A stretch of 32,000 bases of DNA, taken from the NCBI GenBank assembly GCA_000091165.1, contig FP565575.1, forward strand, positions 1,890,001 to 1,922,000, given 5' to 3'. The notes beneath the pieces were generated by a model that worked only from the letters and a program-made list of their open reading frames with translations, was not told the origin of the DNA and did not search any database. Position 1 is the stretch's first letter. Every line of letters begins with the position of its first letter. The DNA comes from Candidatus Methylomirabilis oxygeniifera. Its GTDB lineage: Bacteria > Methylomirabilota > Methylomirabilia > Methylomirabilales > Methylomirabilaceae. Positions 7,307-16,002 of this stretch are shown one piece after another. A program made the translations under genes and the position numbers.

Positions 7307-9214
7307 ATGGCTCTTATTACACTCGATCATGTCTCCATCGCGTACGGACACGTCCCGCTGCTCGACGATGCCAGCCTGCAGGTCGAAGCCGGCGAACGTG
7401 TGTGCGTGATCGGCCGGAACGGCACCGGCAAATCCACATTGCTTCAGATCCTTAGCGGAGATCAGACCCCCGACAGCGGTTCGGTGTGGCGACAGCCTGA
7501 GATTGGGGTCGCGCGGCTTGTGCAGGACGTTCCCCTGTCGTCCAATCGCCCTGTGTTCGACGTCGTCGCGGAAGGGCTGGGCAACCTCGGCGAGTTGGTG
7601 GCCGCCTACCATCACGCGGCGGTGGATGTGGCCGAACGAGGCACCGACATCTCGCTCGACAAGCTGGGCAGGCTGCAGCGCGAGCTCGAAGAGCGGGACG
7701 GTTGGCGCCTCGAACAGCGCGTGGAAATCGTCCTCGATCGTCTGGGTCTCCCGGCCGAGGCCATCGTCGACAGCTTGTCAGGAGGCTGGCGGCGGCGCGT
7801 GCTGCTGGCGAGGGCGCTGGTGGCCCAACCGCAACTCCTCCTGCTCGACGAGCCTACCAACCATCTCGACATCGACGCGATGATCTGGCTCGAAGAGTTT
7901 CTCAAGACGTACGCAGGTGCGGTGGTATTTGTCACCCACGACCGGGTGTTTCTCCAGAATCTGGCAACACGGATCGTAGAGCTGGATCGCGGCACACTGA
8001 CGTCGTGGCCGGGCGACTACGCGACCTTTCTCCGCAGGAAGGAAGAATGGCTTGCGAGTGAGGCGGCGCAGAACGCCACGTTCGACAAGCGGCTCGCTGA
8101 GGAAGAGGTGTGGCTTCGCCAGGGTATCAAGGCGCGGCGGACGCGGGATGAGGGCCGGGTTCGCGCGCTGCTGGCCATGCGACAAGAGCGGGCCGCACGG
8201 CGCGCGCAGGTCGGTAATGTTTGTCTGCAGGCCGAGATCGGCGAGCGCTCGGGTCGGCTCGTATTCGAGGCCGTCGGTATCTCGAAATCGTTCGGCGACA
8301 AGCCCGTCGTCCGCGATCTGTCGTTACGCGTGATGCGCGGGGATCGTGTGGGGTTGATCGGTCCGAACGGATCGGGTAAGACGACCCTGCTTCGACTGTT
8401 GATCGGCGAACTCACGCCCGACACGGGCAACGTGAAGCGCGGCGCCAACGTTCAGGTGGCGTATTACGACCAGCAGCGCGAGCAGCTCGATCCCCAGCGC
8501 ACGGTATTTGACACGGTCGGCGATGGAAACGACACGGTCACGGTGAACGGCCGCACGCGGCACGTCCACGGATACCTCCGCGATTTTCTGTTTCCACCTG
8601 AGCGTGCGTACGCCCGGGTTCAGACACTGTCTGGCGGTGAGCGAAATCGCCTGGTGCTGGCACGCCTGTTCACGCAACCCGCCAATGTCCTCGTCCTTGA
8701 TGAGCCCACAAATGATCTCGATATCGAGACGCTGGAATTGCTTGAATCGTATCTCATCGAGTGGCCGGGAACGCTGCTGCTCGTCAGCCACGATCGCGCG
8801 TTCATCGATCACGTCGTCACGAGTACGCTCGTCTTCGAAGGTGGCGGACAGGTGCAGGAGTACGTCGGTGGATACGAGGACTGGCTGCGGCAGCGCGGCA
8901 CCAGGGAAACAGCGACCAAGGCGCAGCCGGAGAGGACGGTACGCCCTGCGCAACCGCCCGTGACGGTGGCGACCAGAAAGAAACCGACCTATCGCGAGCA
9001 AAGGGAACTCGAGCAGCTTCCGGCGCAGATCGAAGCCCTGGAATGCGAGCACGCGCAATTGACCGCCTCGATCACAGACCCCCTCTTTTACCGGCAACCG
9101 GCCGATTCGATCACGCAGGCGCTCGCGCGCCTCGATGCGCTGGCACGCGAGCTTCACGACGCCTACACTCGCTGGGACGAACTTGATTCCCGCATTACGC
9201 GCGAACGTGTGTGA
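7307..9214 (+). CDS. uup: ABC-F family ATP-binding protein, Uup-like
   Basis: Two ABC domains (GRNGTGKST; GPNGSGKTT), signature LSGGWRRR/LSGGERNR, C-terminal coiled coil (PTYREQRELEQLPAQIEALE...). Confidence 0.88.
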   Translation: MALITLDHVSIAYGHVPLLDDASLQVEAGERVCVIGRNGTGKSTLLQILSGDQTPDSGSVWRQPEIGVARLVQDVPLSSNRPVFDVVAEGLGNLGELVAAYHHAAVDVAERGTDISLDKLGRLQRELEERDGWRLEQRVEIVLDRLGLPAEAIVDSLSGGWRRRVLLARALVAQPQLLLLDEPTNHLDIDAMIWLEEFLKTYAGAVVFVTHDRVFLQNLATRIVELDRGTLTSWPGDYATFLRRKEEWLASEAAQNATFDKRLAEEEVWLRQGIKARRTRDEGRVRALLAMRQERAARRAQVGNVCLQAEIGERSGRLVFEAVGISKSFGDKPVVRDLSLRVMRGDRVGLIGPNGSGKTTLLRLLIGELTPDTGNVKRGANVQVAYYDQQREQLDPQRTVFDTVGDGNDTVTVNGRTRHVHGYLRDFLFPPERAYARVQTLSGGERNRLVLARLFTQPANVLVLDEPTNDLDIETLELLESYLIEWPGTLLLVSHDRAFIDHVVTSTLVFEGGGQVQEYVGGYEDWLRQRGTRETATKAQPERTVRPAQPPVTVATRKKPTYREQRELEQLPAQIEALECEHAQLTASITDPLFYRQPADSITQALARLDALARELHDAYTRWDELDSRITRERV

Positions 9215-9286
9215 CGGACACACGAAGTTTCCGGCGGCGTTGCATATCCCTGTAAATCTCCGCAATTCCTGCTATAATATATCGCT

Positions 9287-10885
9287 ATGATTTCAGTGAG
9301 CGACGTGTGCATGCGGTTCGGCTCGAAAATCCTGTTCGAAGACGTGACAACCACGTTTTCAGCGGGACGGCGCTACGGCCTGACGGGCCCCAACGGCGCC
9401 GGCAAGTCGACGTTTATGAAGCTGCTCACCGGCGAGATCGACCCGCAGGTGGGCACGGTATCCGGACCGCGCAAGCTCGGCGTCCTCAGCCAGGACCAAT
9501 ACGCCTTTGACCGGTTCCGCGTGATCGACACCGTCATCATGGGCAATAAACGCCTGTGGGCGGCCCTTCAGGAGCGCGACGAGATCTATGCGCAGCCTGA
9601 GATGACCCACGAGGCCGGCATGCGCCTCGGCGAGCTCGAGGGTATTGTCGGTGACGAAGACGGCTACTCGGCAGAAAACGACGCGGCCCTGCTGCTGCAG
9701 GGGCTCGACATTCCCGACGACATCCACGACTGGAAGATGGCGGAATTACAGGGCGGGCAGAAGGTGCGTGTGCTGTTGGCGCAGGCCCTGTTCGGCCATC
9801 CCGAGGCGCTGCTGCTCGACGAGCCGACGAACCACCTGGACCTGGATTCGATTCACTGGCTGGAGGAACTCCTTGGCCGGTACGAGGGTACACTCATCGT
9901 CATCTCGCACGACCGCCATTTCCTGAACAACGTCTGTACGCATATCGCCGACATCGACTATCAGACGATCATTACCTACACCGGCGGCTACGACGACATG
10001 GTGGTCGCCAAGACACAGATTCGGTCAAAGATCGAGTCTGAGAACGCGCAACGGGCAAAGAAGATCGCGCAGTTGCAGGACTTCATTCAGCGTTTCGGGG
10101 CGGGCACGCGTGCGAGCCAGGCCACATCGCGGCGCAAGGAAGTCGAACGGCTGCGGACGACCGATCTGGCCCGCTCGAATATTCAGCGTCCGTACATCAA
10201 GTTCCCGATGAAGCGGCCGTCCGGAAAAGTTGCGGTGGAGTTCGAGAACCTATCGAAGGGCTTTACGAACAATCCTGTTATTTCCGGCTTCAGCGCCATC
10301 GTCAATCGAGGTGAGAAGATTGTGCTCGTCGGCCGCAACGGGGCCGGAAAAACCACGTTGCTGAAGGCACTGCTGGCCGATGCGCCGGACTTGCCGGCCT
10401 CCCCTGCCGATGTGGACTGCGGCAAGACGACGTGGGGGTACGGGGTGTCGATCGGCTACTTTCCACAGGACCACACCGGAGAGATCGAGAAGGGACTTAC
10501 GGTAGCGGATTGGCTGCACCGTTTCGATCCGGATGCGTCACGGCAGGACATTCACGGACTGCTGGGACAGATGCTGTTCAGCGGCGAAGAAGGCCACAAG
10601 CCGACCGACGCACTTTCCGGCGGCGAGACCGCCCGGCTGCTATTCTGCCGCATCATGCTGCTGAAACCGAACGTACTCGTCCTGGACGAGCCCACCAACC
10701 ATCTCGATCTGGAATCCATCAACGCGCTGAATGTGGCGCTTCAGAGGTTCGAGGGCACCGTGCTGCTGGTCACGCACGATCAGGACCTGCTCGAAGAAGT
10801 GGGCACGAGGATATGGCACTTCGAGCACGGCAAGATTGCGGATTTCAAAGGAAGCTACGAGGAATACGCGTCGTTGTCGGCCTGA
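9287..10885 (+). CDS. ybiT: ABC-F family ATP-binding protein, YbiT-like
   Basis: MISVSDVCMRFGSKILFEDVTTTFSAGRRYGLTGPNGAGKSTFMKLLTGEIDP...SRQATSR/QATSRRKEVERL and a second Walker A GRNGAGKTT. Confidence 0.85.
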   Translation: MISVSDVCMRFGSKILFEDVTTTFSAGRRYGLTGPNGAGKSTFMKLLTGEIDPQVGTVSGPRKLGVLSQDQYAFDRFRVIDTVIMGNKRLWAALQERDEIYAQPEMTHEAGMRLGELEGIVGDEDGYSAENDAALLLQGLDIPDDIHDWKMAELQGGQKVRVLLAQALFGHPEALLLDEPTNHLDLDSIHWLEELLGRYEGTLIVISHDRHFLNNVCTHIADIDYQTIITYTGGYDDMVVAKTQIRSKIESENAQRAKKIAQLQDFIQRFGAGTRASQATSRRKEVERLRTTDLARSNIQRPYIKFPMKRPSGKVAVEFENLSKGFTNNPVISGFSAIVNRGEKIVLVGRNGAGKTTLLKALLADAPDLPASPADVDCGKTTWGYGVSIGYFPQDHTGEIEKGLTVADWLHRFDPDASRQDIHGLLGQMLFSGEEGHKPTDALSGGETARLLFCRIMLLKPNVLVLDEPTNHLDLESINALNVALQRFEGTVLLVTHDQDLLEEVGTRIWHFEHGKIADFKGSYEEYASLSA

Positions 10886-10933
10886 CGTACGTCTTCAGCA
10901 ACATGGCACGCCGACCGGTGGCCCGGACTGTAC

Positions 10934-11938
10934 ATGCATAGCGTCCTTTCTTCCTCTCGAAATATCGCCATCCTGGGAGGCGGAGCGGCGGGCATGTCCT
11001 GCGCGCTGTGGTTGAAACATCTAAGTTTTTCGCCTGTCCTCATCGAGCCGGGCACGGCGCTCGGCGGGCAATTGTTAGAGATTCATCGGATCAACCGTTG
11101 GATATTGGGCATCCCGGGACAGACGGGGCCGGCGCTCGCTGAGCTGTACGGCCGGCATGTTGTCGATGAAGCTATCGACGTCCGCCTTGGTGCCAGGCCC
11201 GTCTCCGTGATGGCGGAAGATTTCGGTTTCAGCCTGGTTGTGCGAGAAGGTGAACACCGCACGGCATCGCTGCCTGCGCGGGCACTCGTCATCGCCACGG
11301 GGTTGCGCGTCAACGCCTCGGACATCCTGCACCCAATCCCGGGAGCCCTGGCGCTGTACGAATCCGACCTCTTATCGTTTTTCCCTCTGGACCATCTCGA
11401 ACCGATGGAAGCCCTCAGAGGAAAGCGGGTAGCTGTGATAGGCGGCGGCGACAACGCCCATTTCACTGCCAAGGATCTCGCCTCCAGAACCGCCCTCACC
11501 CATTTGATCATTCGCTCGCGGCCCAAGGCGCAGCCAATGGTGCGTCAAGAGGTGGAAGCACTCATCCAACAGGGGCGCATCCAGGAACATGGCGGCGCGC
11601 TCATCACCGGCTTTCATCAGGGATCCGGCGGCATCACCATTACTTTGACGCGAAACGAGTGCACAACCCAACATATCGAGGTTGACCGGATTTTCGCCCG
11701 CACCGGCTTTACCCCGAATACGGAATTCCTCGCCGGGCTCGGCCCCCTGGCCGGGCTGGAACGAAATGGCGACGGCTATGTGCAGGTCGATGCCTGGAAG
11801 CGCGCGTCGCTGCCTTTCGTGTACGCCGTCGGCGATGTCGCCAACCCCGACCATCCCTCCGTGGTCACCGCCATCGCCGACGGCGCGACGGCGGCGCAGG
11901 CCATCGCCCAAGACGTGGGAACATCAGCATGGGCTTGA
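10934..11938 (+). CDS. Thioredoxin reductase-like NAD(P)/FAD-dependent oxidoreductase
   Basis: IAILGGGAAGMSCALWLKHL, VAVIGGGDNAHFTAKDLA and VYAVGDVANPDHPSVVTAIADGATAAQAI; no CxxC redox motif seen. Confidence 0.85.
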   Translation: MHSVLSSSRNIAILGGGAAGMSCALWLKHLSFSPVLIEPGTALGGQLLEIHRINRWILGIPGQTGPALAELYGRHVVDEAIDVRLGARPVSVMAEDFGFSLVVREGEHRTASLPARALVIATGLRVNASDILHPIPGALALYESDLLSFFPLDHLEPMEALRGKRVAVIGGGDNAHFTAKDLASRTALTHLIIRSRPKAQPMVRQEVEALIQQGRIQEHGGALITGFHQGSGGITITLTRNECTTQHIEVDRIFARTGFTPNTEFLAGLGPLAGLERNGDGYVQVDAWKRASLPFVYAVGDVANPDHPSVVTAIADGATAAQAIAQDVGTSAWA

Positions 11939-12924
11939 ACACGCCGCTGGTCTGGATCGTGGATAGCGCCTACACCGGTGAGTTATATGCCCGTCTCGGC
12001 GCGGCCGAGCGGCTGGGCTACGGCTACGAGACGATTCCTGTGCCCGGCGGCGACGCCGGGGCTTACGGCAAGCTGCTGGAAGACCGTTACAACTACGCCT
12101 GCCGGGACGGCGAATCCAGACCTATAATCCTGTTGAGCGGAACCGGCGAGGACACGATCGGTCCTATCGCGGATCTCAAGGGTGTGTTCCAAGGACGGCT
12201 ACTGAGCGTATACCTGGCTTCCATCCTTCCGGACGAACCCGATCGGCGCCTTCAGGAGTACGATATGGTCGCCTCCCCTCAGTTGAGCGGCACCAACGTC
12301 GTCACGACGGTGGGCGTGGTGCATAGGATGACGAACCACCTGCTGGATCAAGCGTTCCATCGGCACCAGGATCTGTTCGCCGGCTTGACCCGCCCCCTGG
12401 TGGGCTTACTGGTGGGCGGTAACACCCGCTACTGTTTCGGTTTCCACGAAGACCATGCTCGGTGCTTGGGCAGGCGGGTCGCGAGTATCGTCGCATCGCT
12501 TAAGGGGAGCCTGATGGTCACCAACAGCCGCCGAACCCCGAATGAAGCTCTGGCCGCCTTGCTGGACGAGGTCGCATGCCTGGATTGCCGCTTTTTCGAC
12601 TGGCAACAAGCCGACTCCGATCTGTATCCCGCGCTGCTCGCCCATGGCGATCTGTTTATCGCCACCGGAGATTCGGTCTCCATGTGTTCCGAAGCCAGCT
12701 ACACGGGCAAGCCGCTGCTGGTGGACATGAATGACTGCGCCACCGAGATCTACCATCGCCATATCATCGGCAAACTCATCGCGTATGGCGCAGCCAAGCC
12801 GCTAAGCGACACGTTCCAGCCCTGGACCTACACCCCGCCAGATCCGACGGGGGCCGTGGTTGCGGCAATCCGCGAGCGGCTTGCGGAGAAGTGGCCGCTC
12901 TTCAGCAGGGAGGGAAAGAACTGA
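11929..12924 (+). CDS. ELM1/GtrOC1-family putative glycosyltransferase (DUF1022-like)
   Basis: LVGGNTRYCFGF, LMVTNSRRTPNEAL and FIATGDSVSMCSEASYTGKPLLV; overlaps the upstream gene by 10 nt. Confidence 0.75.
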   Translation: MGLNTPLVWIVDSAYTGELYARLGAAERLGYGYETIPVPGGDAGAYGKLLEDRYNYACRDGESRPIILLSGTGEDTIGPIADLKGVFQGRLLSVYLASILPDEPDRRLQEYDMVASPQLSGTNVVTTVGVVHRMTNHLLDQAFHRHQDLFAGLTRPLVGLLVGGNTRYCFGFHEDHARCLGRRVASIVASLKGSLMVTNSRRTPNEALAALLDEVACLDCRFFDWQQADSDLYPALLAHGDLFIATGDSVSMCSEASYTGKPLLVDMNDCATEIYHRHIIGKLIAYGAAKPLSDTFQPWTYTPPDPTGAVVAAIRERLAEKWPLFSREGKN

Positions 12925-12984
12925 AGAACCTCCGTCATACATTTTTATTCTTAAGGGTCCACAGGGTCACCCATGCATCATAAA

Positions 12985-13028
12985 AATCCCCCCAACCCCC
13001 CTTTGAAAAAGGGGGAGACGGAGGATTT
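12985..13028. repeat. G/C-run palindromic intergenic repeat
   Basis: AATCCCCCCAACCCCCCTTTGAAAAAGGGGGAGACGGAGGATTT. Confidence 0.6.
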
Positions 13029-13136
13029 CAGCCGAGGTGTCGGGTTACGCGACGCCAATCCGACCTATGGCCTGATGGACTCAATTGACACAACAGACAC
13101 AACAAACGCTTTACTGGGAGAATTAAGGAGGGAGCC

Positions 13137-13553
13137 ATGAAGCGATCGGGTTTACTGCTTACCTTAACCTTGACAGTTGGGATCGCGCTGGGGGTGATCG
13201 GGACCCAGGTCTTGAATGCGCAGCAGGCACCGATGAAACGTACTGTGCTCATCAAGACCGATCTGGCAGGGATTGAAGGGAAAGAGGCTGTACTGGCCTT
13301 AGTAGAGTTTGCGCCGGGAGCGGCCACCGATCCCCACTATCACCCCGGAGAAGAGCTGGCTTACCTCCTTGAAGGGTCGATCAGCTTCGAAGCTCAGGGG
13401 AAGCCCCCTATCACCTTCAAGCCCGGCGATACGTTCCATCAGCCGCCGAAACAGGCGCATCGCGTAAAGAACCTCAGTGCGACCATGCCAGCTAAGGCCT
13501 TAGCGTTCACTATTTCGGAAAAAGGCCTACCCCTTACCGTCCCCGTGAAGTAG
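13137..13553 (+). CDS. Secreted cupin-domain protein
   Basis: Signal peptide MKRSGLLLTLTLTVGIALGVIGTQVLNAQQ; cupin motif DPHYHPGEELAYLLEGSISFE...GDTFHQPPKQAHRVKN. AAGGAGGG precedes the ATG. Confidence 0.85.
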   Translation: MKRSGLLLTLTLTVGIALGVIGTQVLNAQQAPMKRTVLIKTDLAGIEGKEAVLALVEFAPGAATDPHYHPGEELAYLLEGSISFEAQGKPPITFKPGDTFHQPPKQAHRVKNLSATMPAKALAFTISEKGLPLTVPVK

Positions 13554-13606
13554 TCGCGGCTAGCTGAGCGACACCCCATGCGGCCGCGGCCGCACCGCGG
13601 CCGACG

Positions 13607-13771
13607 AAAACCCCCTTAATCCCCCTTTGCGAAAGGGGGAGGCAAGGAAGCGCATCAGTAATACCCTCCCCTTAAGAAATGGGGAGGCACGGACGCGTAT
13701 CAGGAATATCCCCCCATTTTTGAAAGGGGGGTTAGGGGGGTTTGTCTGAAGCTGACGCCTGATAGCTGAAG
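13607..13771. repeat. Composite G/C-run palindromic repeat with tail GTTTGTCTGAAGCTGA...CTGATAGCTGAA
   Basis: Shares order and tail sequence with 18530-18655. Confidence 0.65.
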
Positions 13772-13772
13772 T

Positions 13773-13849
13773 TGGTGGCGGTGACTGGACTCGAACCAGT
13801 GACGCCGCGGATATGAGCCGCGTGCTCTGACCGACTGAGCTACACCGCC
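13773..13849 (-). tRNA. tRNA-Met (CAU anticodon; elongator type)
   Basis: Reverse complement GGCGGTGTAGCTCAGTCGGTCAGAGCACGCGGCTCATATCCGCGGCGTCACTGGTTCGAGTCCAGTCACCGCCACCA folds as a cloverleaf with CAT anticodon. tRNA-Ile2 cannot be excluded. Confidence 0.9.
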
Positions 13850-13964
13850 AAAAACATTCGCGGACCTTAATGAGTATGTATGGTATTGCGCAACGCTTGT
13901 CAAGCGGAAGGAGCCCCGGCTGGACGGTACAGCTCGTCCTGCTGGAGCCTTGACGAGATCAGCC

Positions 13965-14273
13965 TCAGAGCAGCTTGGTCATCACCTTGGCATCCCAGTC
14001 TTGCGCGAGATCACTCAGCTCCTGGGCCAGCCGTCGCCCTTCTTCATCCGTCGTCCAGAGCTTCTCCCATGCATCGAGATCCGCATAGGCTGAGAACTCC
14101 CAGAGTGCCATATACTGAGGGCGATGCCCCACGTAGAGGTCACGGGAAAAAAGACCGACGAGTTTGAACTGCGGGAGAGCCTTTGCGAAGTGGTCGGCAA
14201 ACCGCTGATACGCTTCGGCTACCTGCGTCCGCTTAACCCCTGGCTTTTGATCGAACTCGATCATATAGAACAT
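13965..14273 (-). CDS. Hypothetical protein, possibly dimeric alpha/beta barrel
   Basis: Internal ATG gives MFYMIEFDQKPGVKRTQVAEAYQRFADHFAKALPQFKLVGLFSRDLYVGHRPQYMALWEFSAYADLDAWEKLW. Confidence 0.7.
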   Translation of the reverse strand: MFYMIEFDQKPGVKRTQVAEAYQRFADHFAKALPQFKLVGLFSRDLYVGHRPQYMALWEFSAYADLDAWEKLWTTDEEGRRLAQELSDLAQDWDAKVMTKLL

Positions 14274-14470
14274 CGCCTGTCCCTCCACGTGGCGTCCCTG
14301 GTCACGATGTCGCATATCTCTCTGCCGAACATGACCGAACTGTTTTCGTGCAGCGTAGCTTGCCATGCACTCGCCAAGATGTCAAACATTTTTCCTGACC
14401 CACCGAGAGCGCTCAGCCGTTTCAGGCTCTCAATCGGCCAGAGCATCAGAGAAAGGAGTGATGTAGCGAT

Positions 14471-15991
14471 TCAGATATTGGTCAGAACCGACTCGCCGGC
14501 GGCGCCGGTCAGCGCCTTCTCGGAGGCCTCGCTGAGGGCCTTGACATGGCGGCGATCCGTGGTGAAGACCCGGTAACGGGCCACCTTGGGCGGGATATCG
14601 CGAAATAGCTCCATCAGGGGTCTCGGCGACACTTCGCCCGTAGCCGGATTGTACATGAAGATCTGCTTGCTTCCTTCGGCCAGCGGGTTGATGGGACGGG
14701 GATCGAGCGCGGCCATGTCCACTTTGAACTCGATTCCATGCAGGCGCTTGGCCAGATGGCGGCGAATCGCCTCTTCCAGATGTGTGGCAGTCTGAAACTG
14801 AACCATCCGCTGCGATTCCTCGATAGTCGAGACAAAGTCATAGGCCATCTTCCACTTGACCTTCCGACCCGAGATCTTCCCCCACTCCGCTCCCAGCGCC
14901 CGCTCATGCGGATCTTTTGAGCCGGCCCACTCGCGGACCCGCTCGAGAAGGAACCAATCGGTCAGCTCCAGATATCGGTCCAGCGCTTTGTACGGATGAT
15001 ACGGGGCAATCCGCGCCATCGTCTCCTTGAAGATCTCCTGGACGTGCAGGTCGATGGCCCGGGTCGTCCGATGATGGTAGACGTTCACGTAAAGAGCGAT
15101 CTTCGCGTTCAGGAACCGCATCAGGGCCGACTCTCCCGCTTTGTGCAAGGTCAGCCCCTGCGGCGTGAAAAACGTGTACAGCAGCAGCCGCTCGATGTCC
15201 ACCATATCAAGCGAGAAGCCGGTCATATAGGCGTCTCGCTGCACGTAATCAAGGTTGTCCACGGTATAGATCCCGGAAAAAAGCGGGCGGAGCGCCAACA
15301 GCCACTCCGGAAAGCCGCCCGCAGAACCCGTTCTCAGCCCTGTCGAAGCCCGCCCTGAGCTCAGTCGAGTGGCGCCGGTCTCCGGCTTCTTGATTAAAAA
15401 GGCGATCTGTCCGGGATCAAGTCGTTCATTCGACCGAAACGACCCGCTTGGGCTTCGTCGGATCGCTTTGATGATCCCCCCCAGCTTCTTCGTGATGATG
15501 GCCATTCCAAGGATCTCATGGTTCAGCCGCTCGCCGCCGACGTGAAACTGCTGCAGGAAGTGATCGTCGAAAAAATGCCCGAAGGGACCGTGCCCCACGT
15601 CATGAAGCAACCCGGCAAGCCTCAGTAGCTCTTCAATGAACGACTCCGACGGCAGCGATTCTCCGAATGTCTCCTTCAGACTGGGATAGAGGTGTCGAGC
15701 GAATTTGCCGGCCATATGCATGGTCCCCAGGACATGCTGGAACCGACTGTGTTCGCCGGAAGGATAAACCCACCAGGTACTCTGGAGTTGGTGAATGCGG
15801 CGCAACCTTTGGACCCAGGGGCTATCAATGATCTCCTTCTCGGTCCGTTCCAACCGGTCACCCATCGGAACGGTGAAGAGGATATAGCGGTGGATCGGGT
15901 CTGCCAGCAATGCCAGCCCTTCGTAGGGTGACGTCAGCGGCGTGCCGCCACTCCCGATCGCCTGCAACGTGGTAATACGAGATGCAGTCAT
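14471..15991 (-). CDS. HD-domain phosphohydrolase (dGTPase-like superfamily)
   Basis: RRIHQLQSTWWVYPSGEHSRFQHVLGTMHMAGKFA ... LAGLLHDVGHGPFGHFFDDHFL matches the SAMHD1/dGTPase-like HD motif. Confidence 0.88.
   Translation of the reverse strand: MTASRITTLQAIGSGGTPLTSPYEGLALLADPIHRYILFTVPMGDRLERTEKEIIDSPWVQRLRRIHQLQSTWWVYPSGEHSRFQHVLGTMHMAGKFARHLYPSLKETFGESLPSESFIEELLRLAGLLHDVGHGPFGHFFDDHFLQQFHVGGERLNHEILGMAIITKKLGGIIKAIRRSPSGSFRSNERLDPGQIAFLIKKPETGATRLSSGRASTGLRTGSAGGFPEWLLALRPLFSGIYTVDNLDYVQRDAYMTGFSLDMVDIERLLLYTFFTPQGLTLHKAGESALMRFLNAKIALYVNVYHHRTTRAIDLHVQEIFKETMARIAPYHPYKALDRYLELTDWFLLERVREWAGSKDPHERALGAEWGKISGRKVKWKMAYDFVSTIEESQRMVQFQTATHLEEAIRRHLAKRLHGIEFKVDMAALDPRPINPLAEGSKQIFMYNPATGEVSPRPLMELFRDIPPKVARYRVFTTDRRHVKALSEASEKALTGAAGESVLTNI
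15333..15369. repeat. REP-like palindromic unit inside the HD-domain CDS
   Basis: CTCAGCCCTGTCGAAGCCCGCCCTGAGCTCAGTCGAG; contains CTGAGCTCAG and paired TGTCGAAG/TCGAG-type arms typical of intergenic REP units. Confidence 0.6.
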
Positions 15992-16002
15992 CGATCACCC
16001 CT

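Noticed and set aside
8324-9265. Minus-strand ORF of 313 aa
   Set aside because: It lies opposite the Uup-like ABC-F gene with no motif support; a shadow ORF.
7307-10885. Tandem ABC-F genes as a dedicated antibiotic-resistance locus
   Set aside because: The sequences resemble housekeeping Uup and YbiT types; adjacency alone does not support a resistance role.
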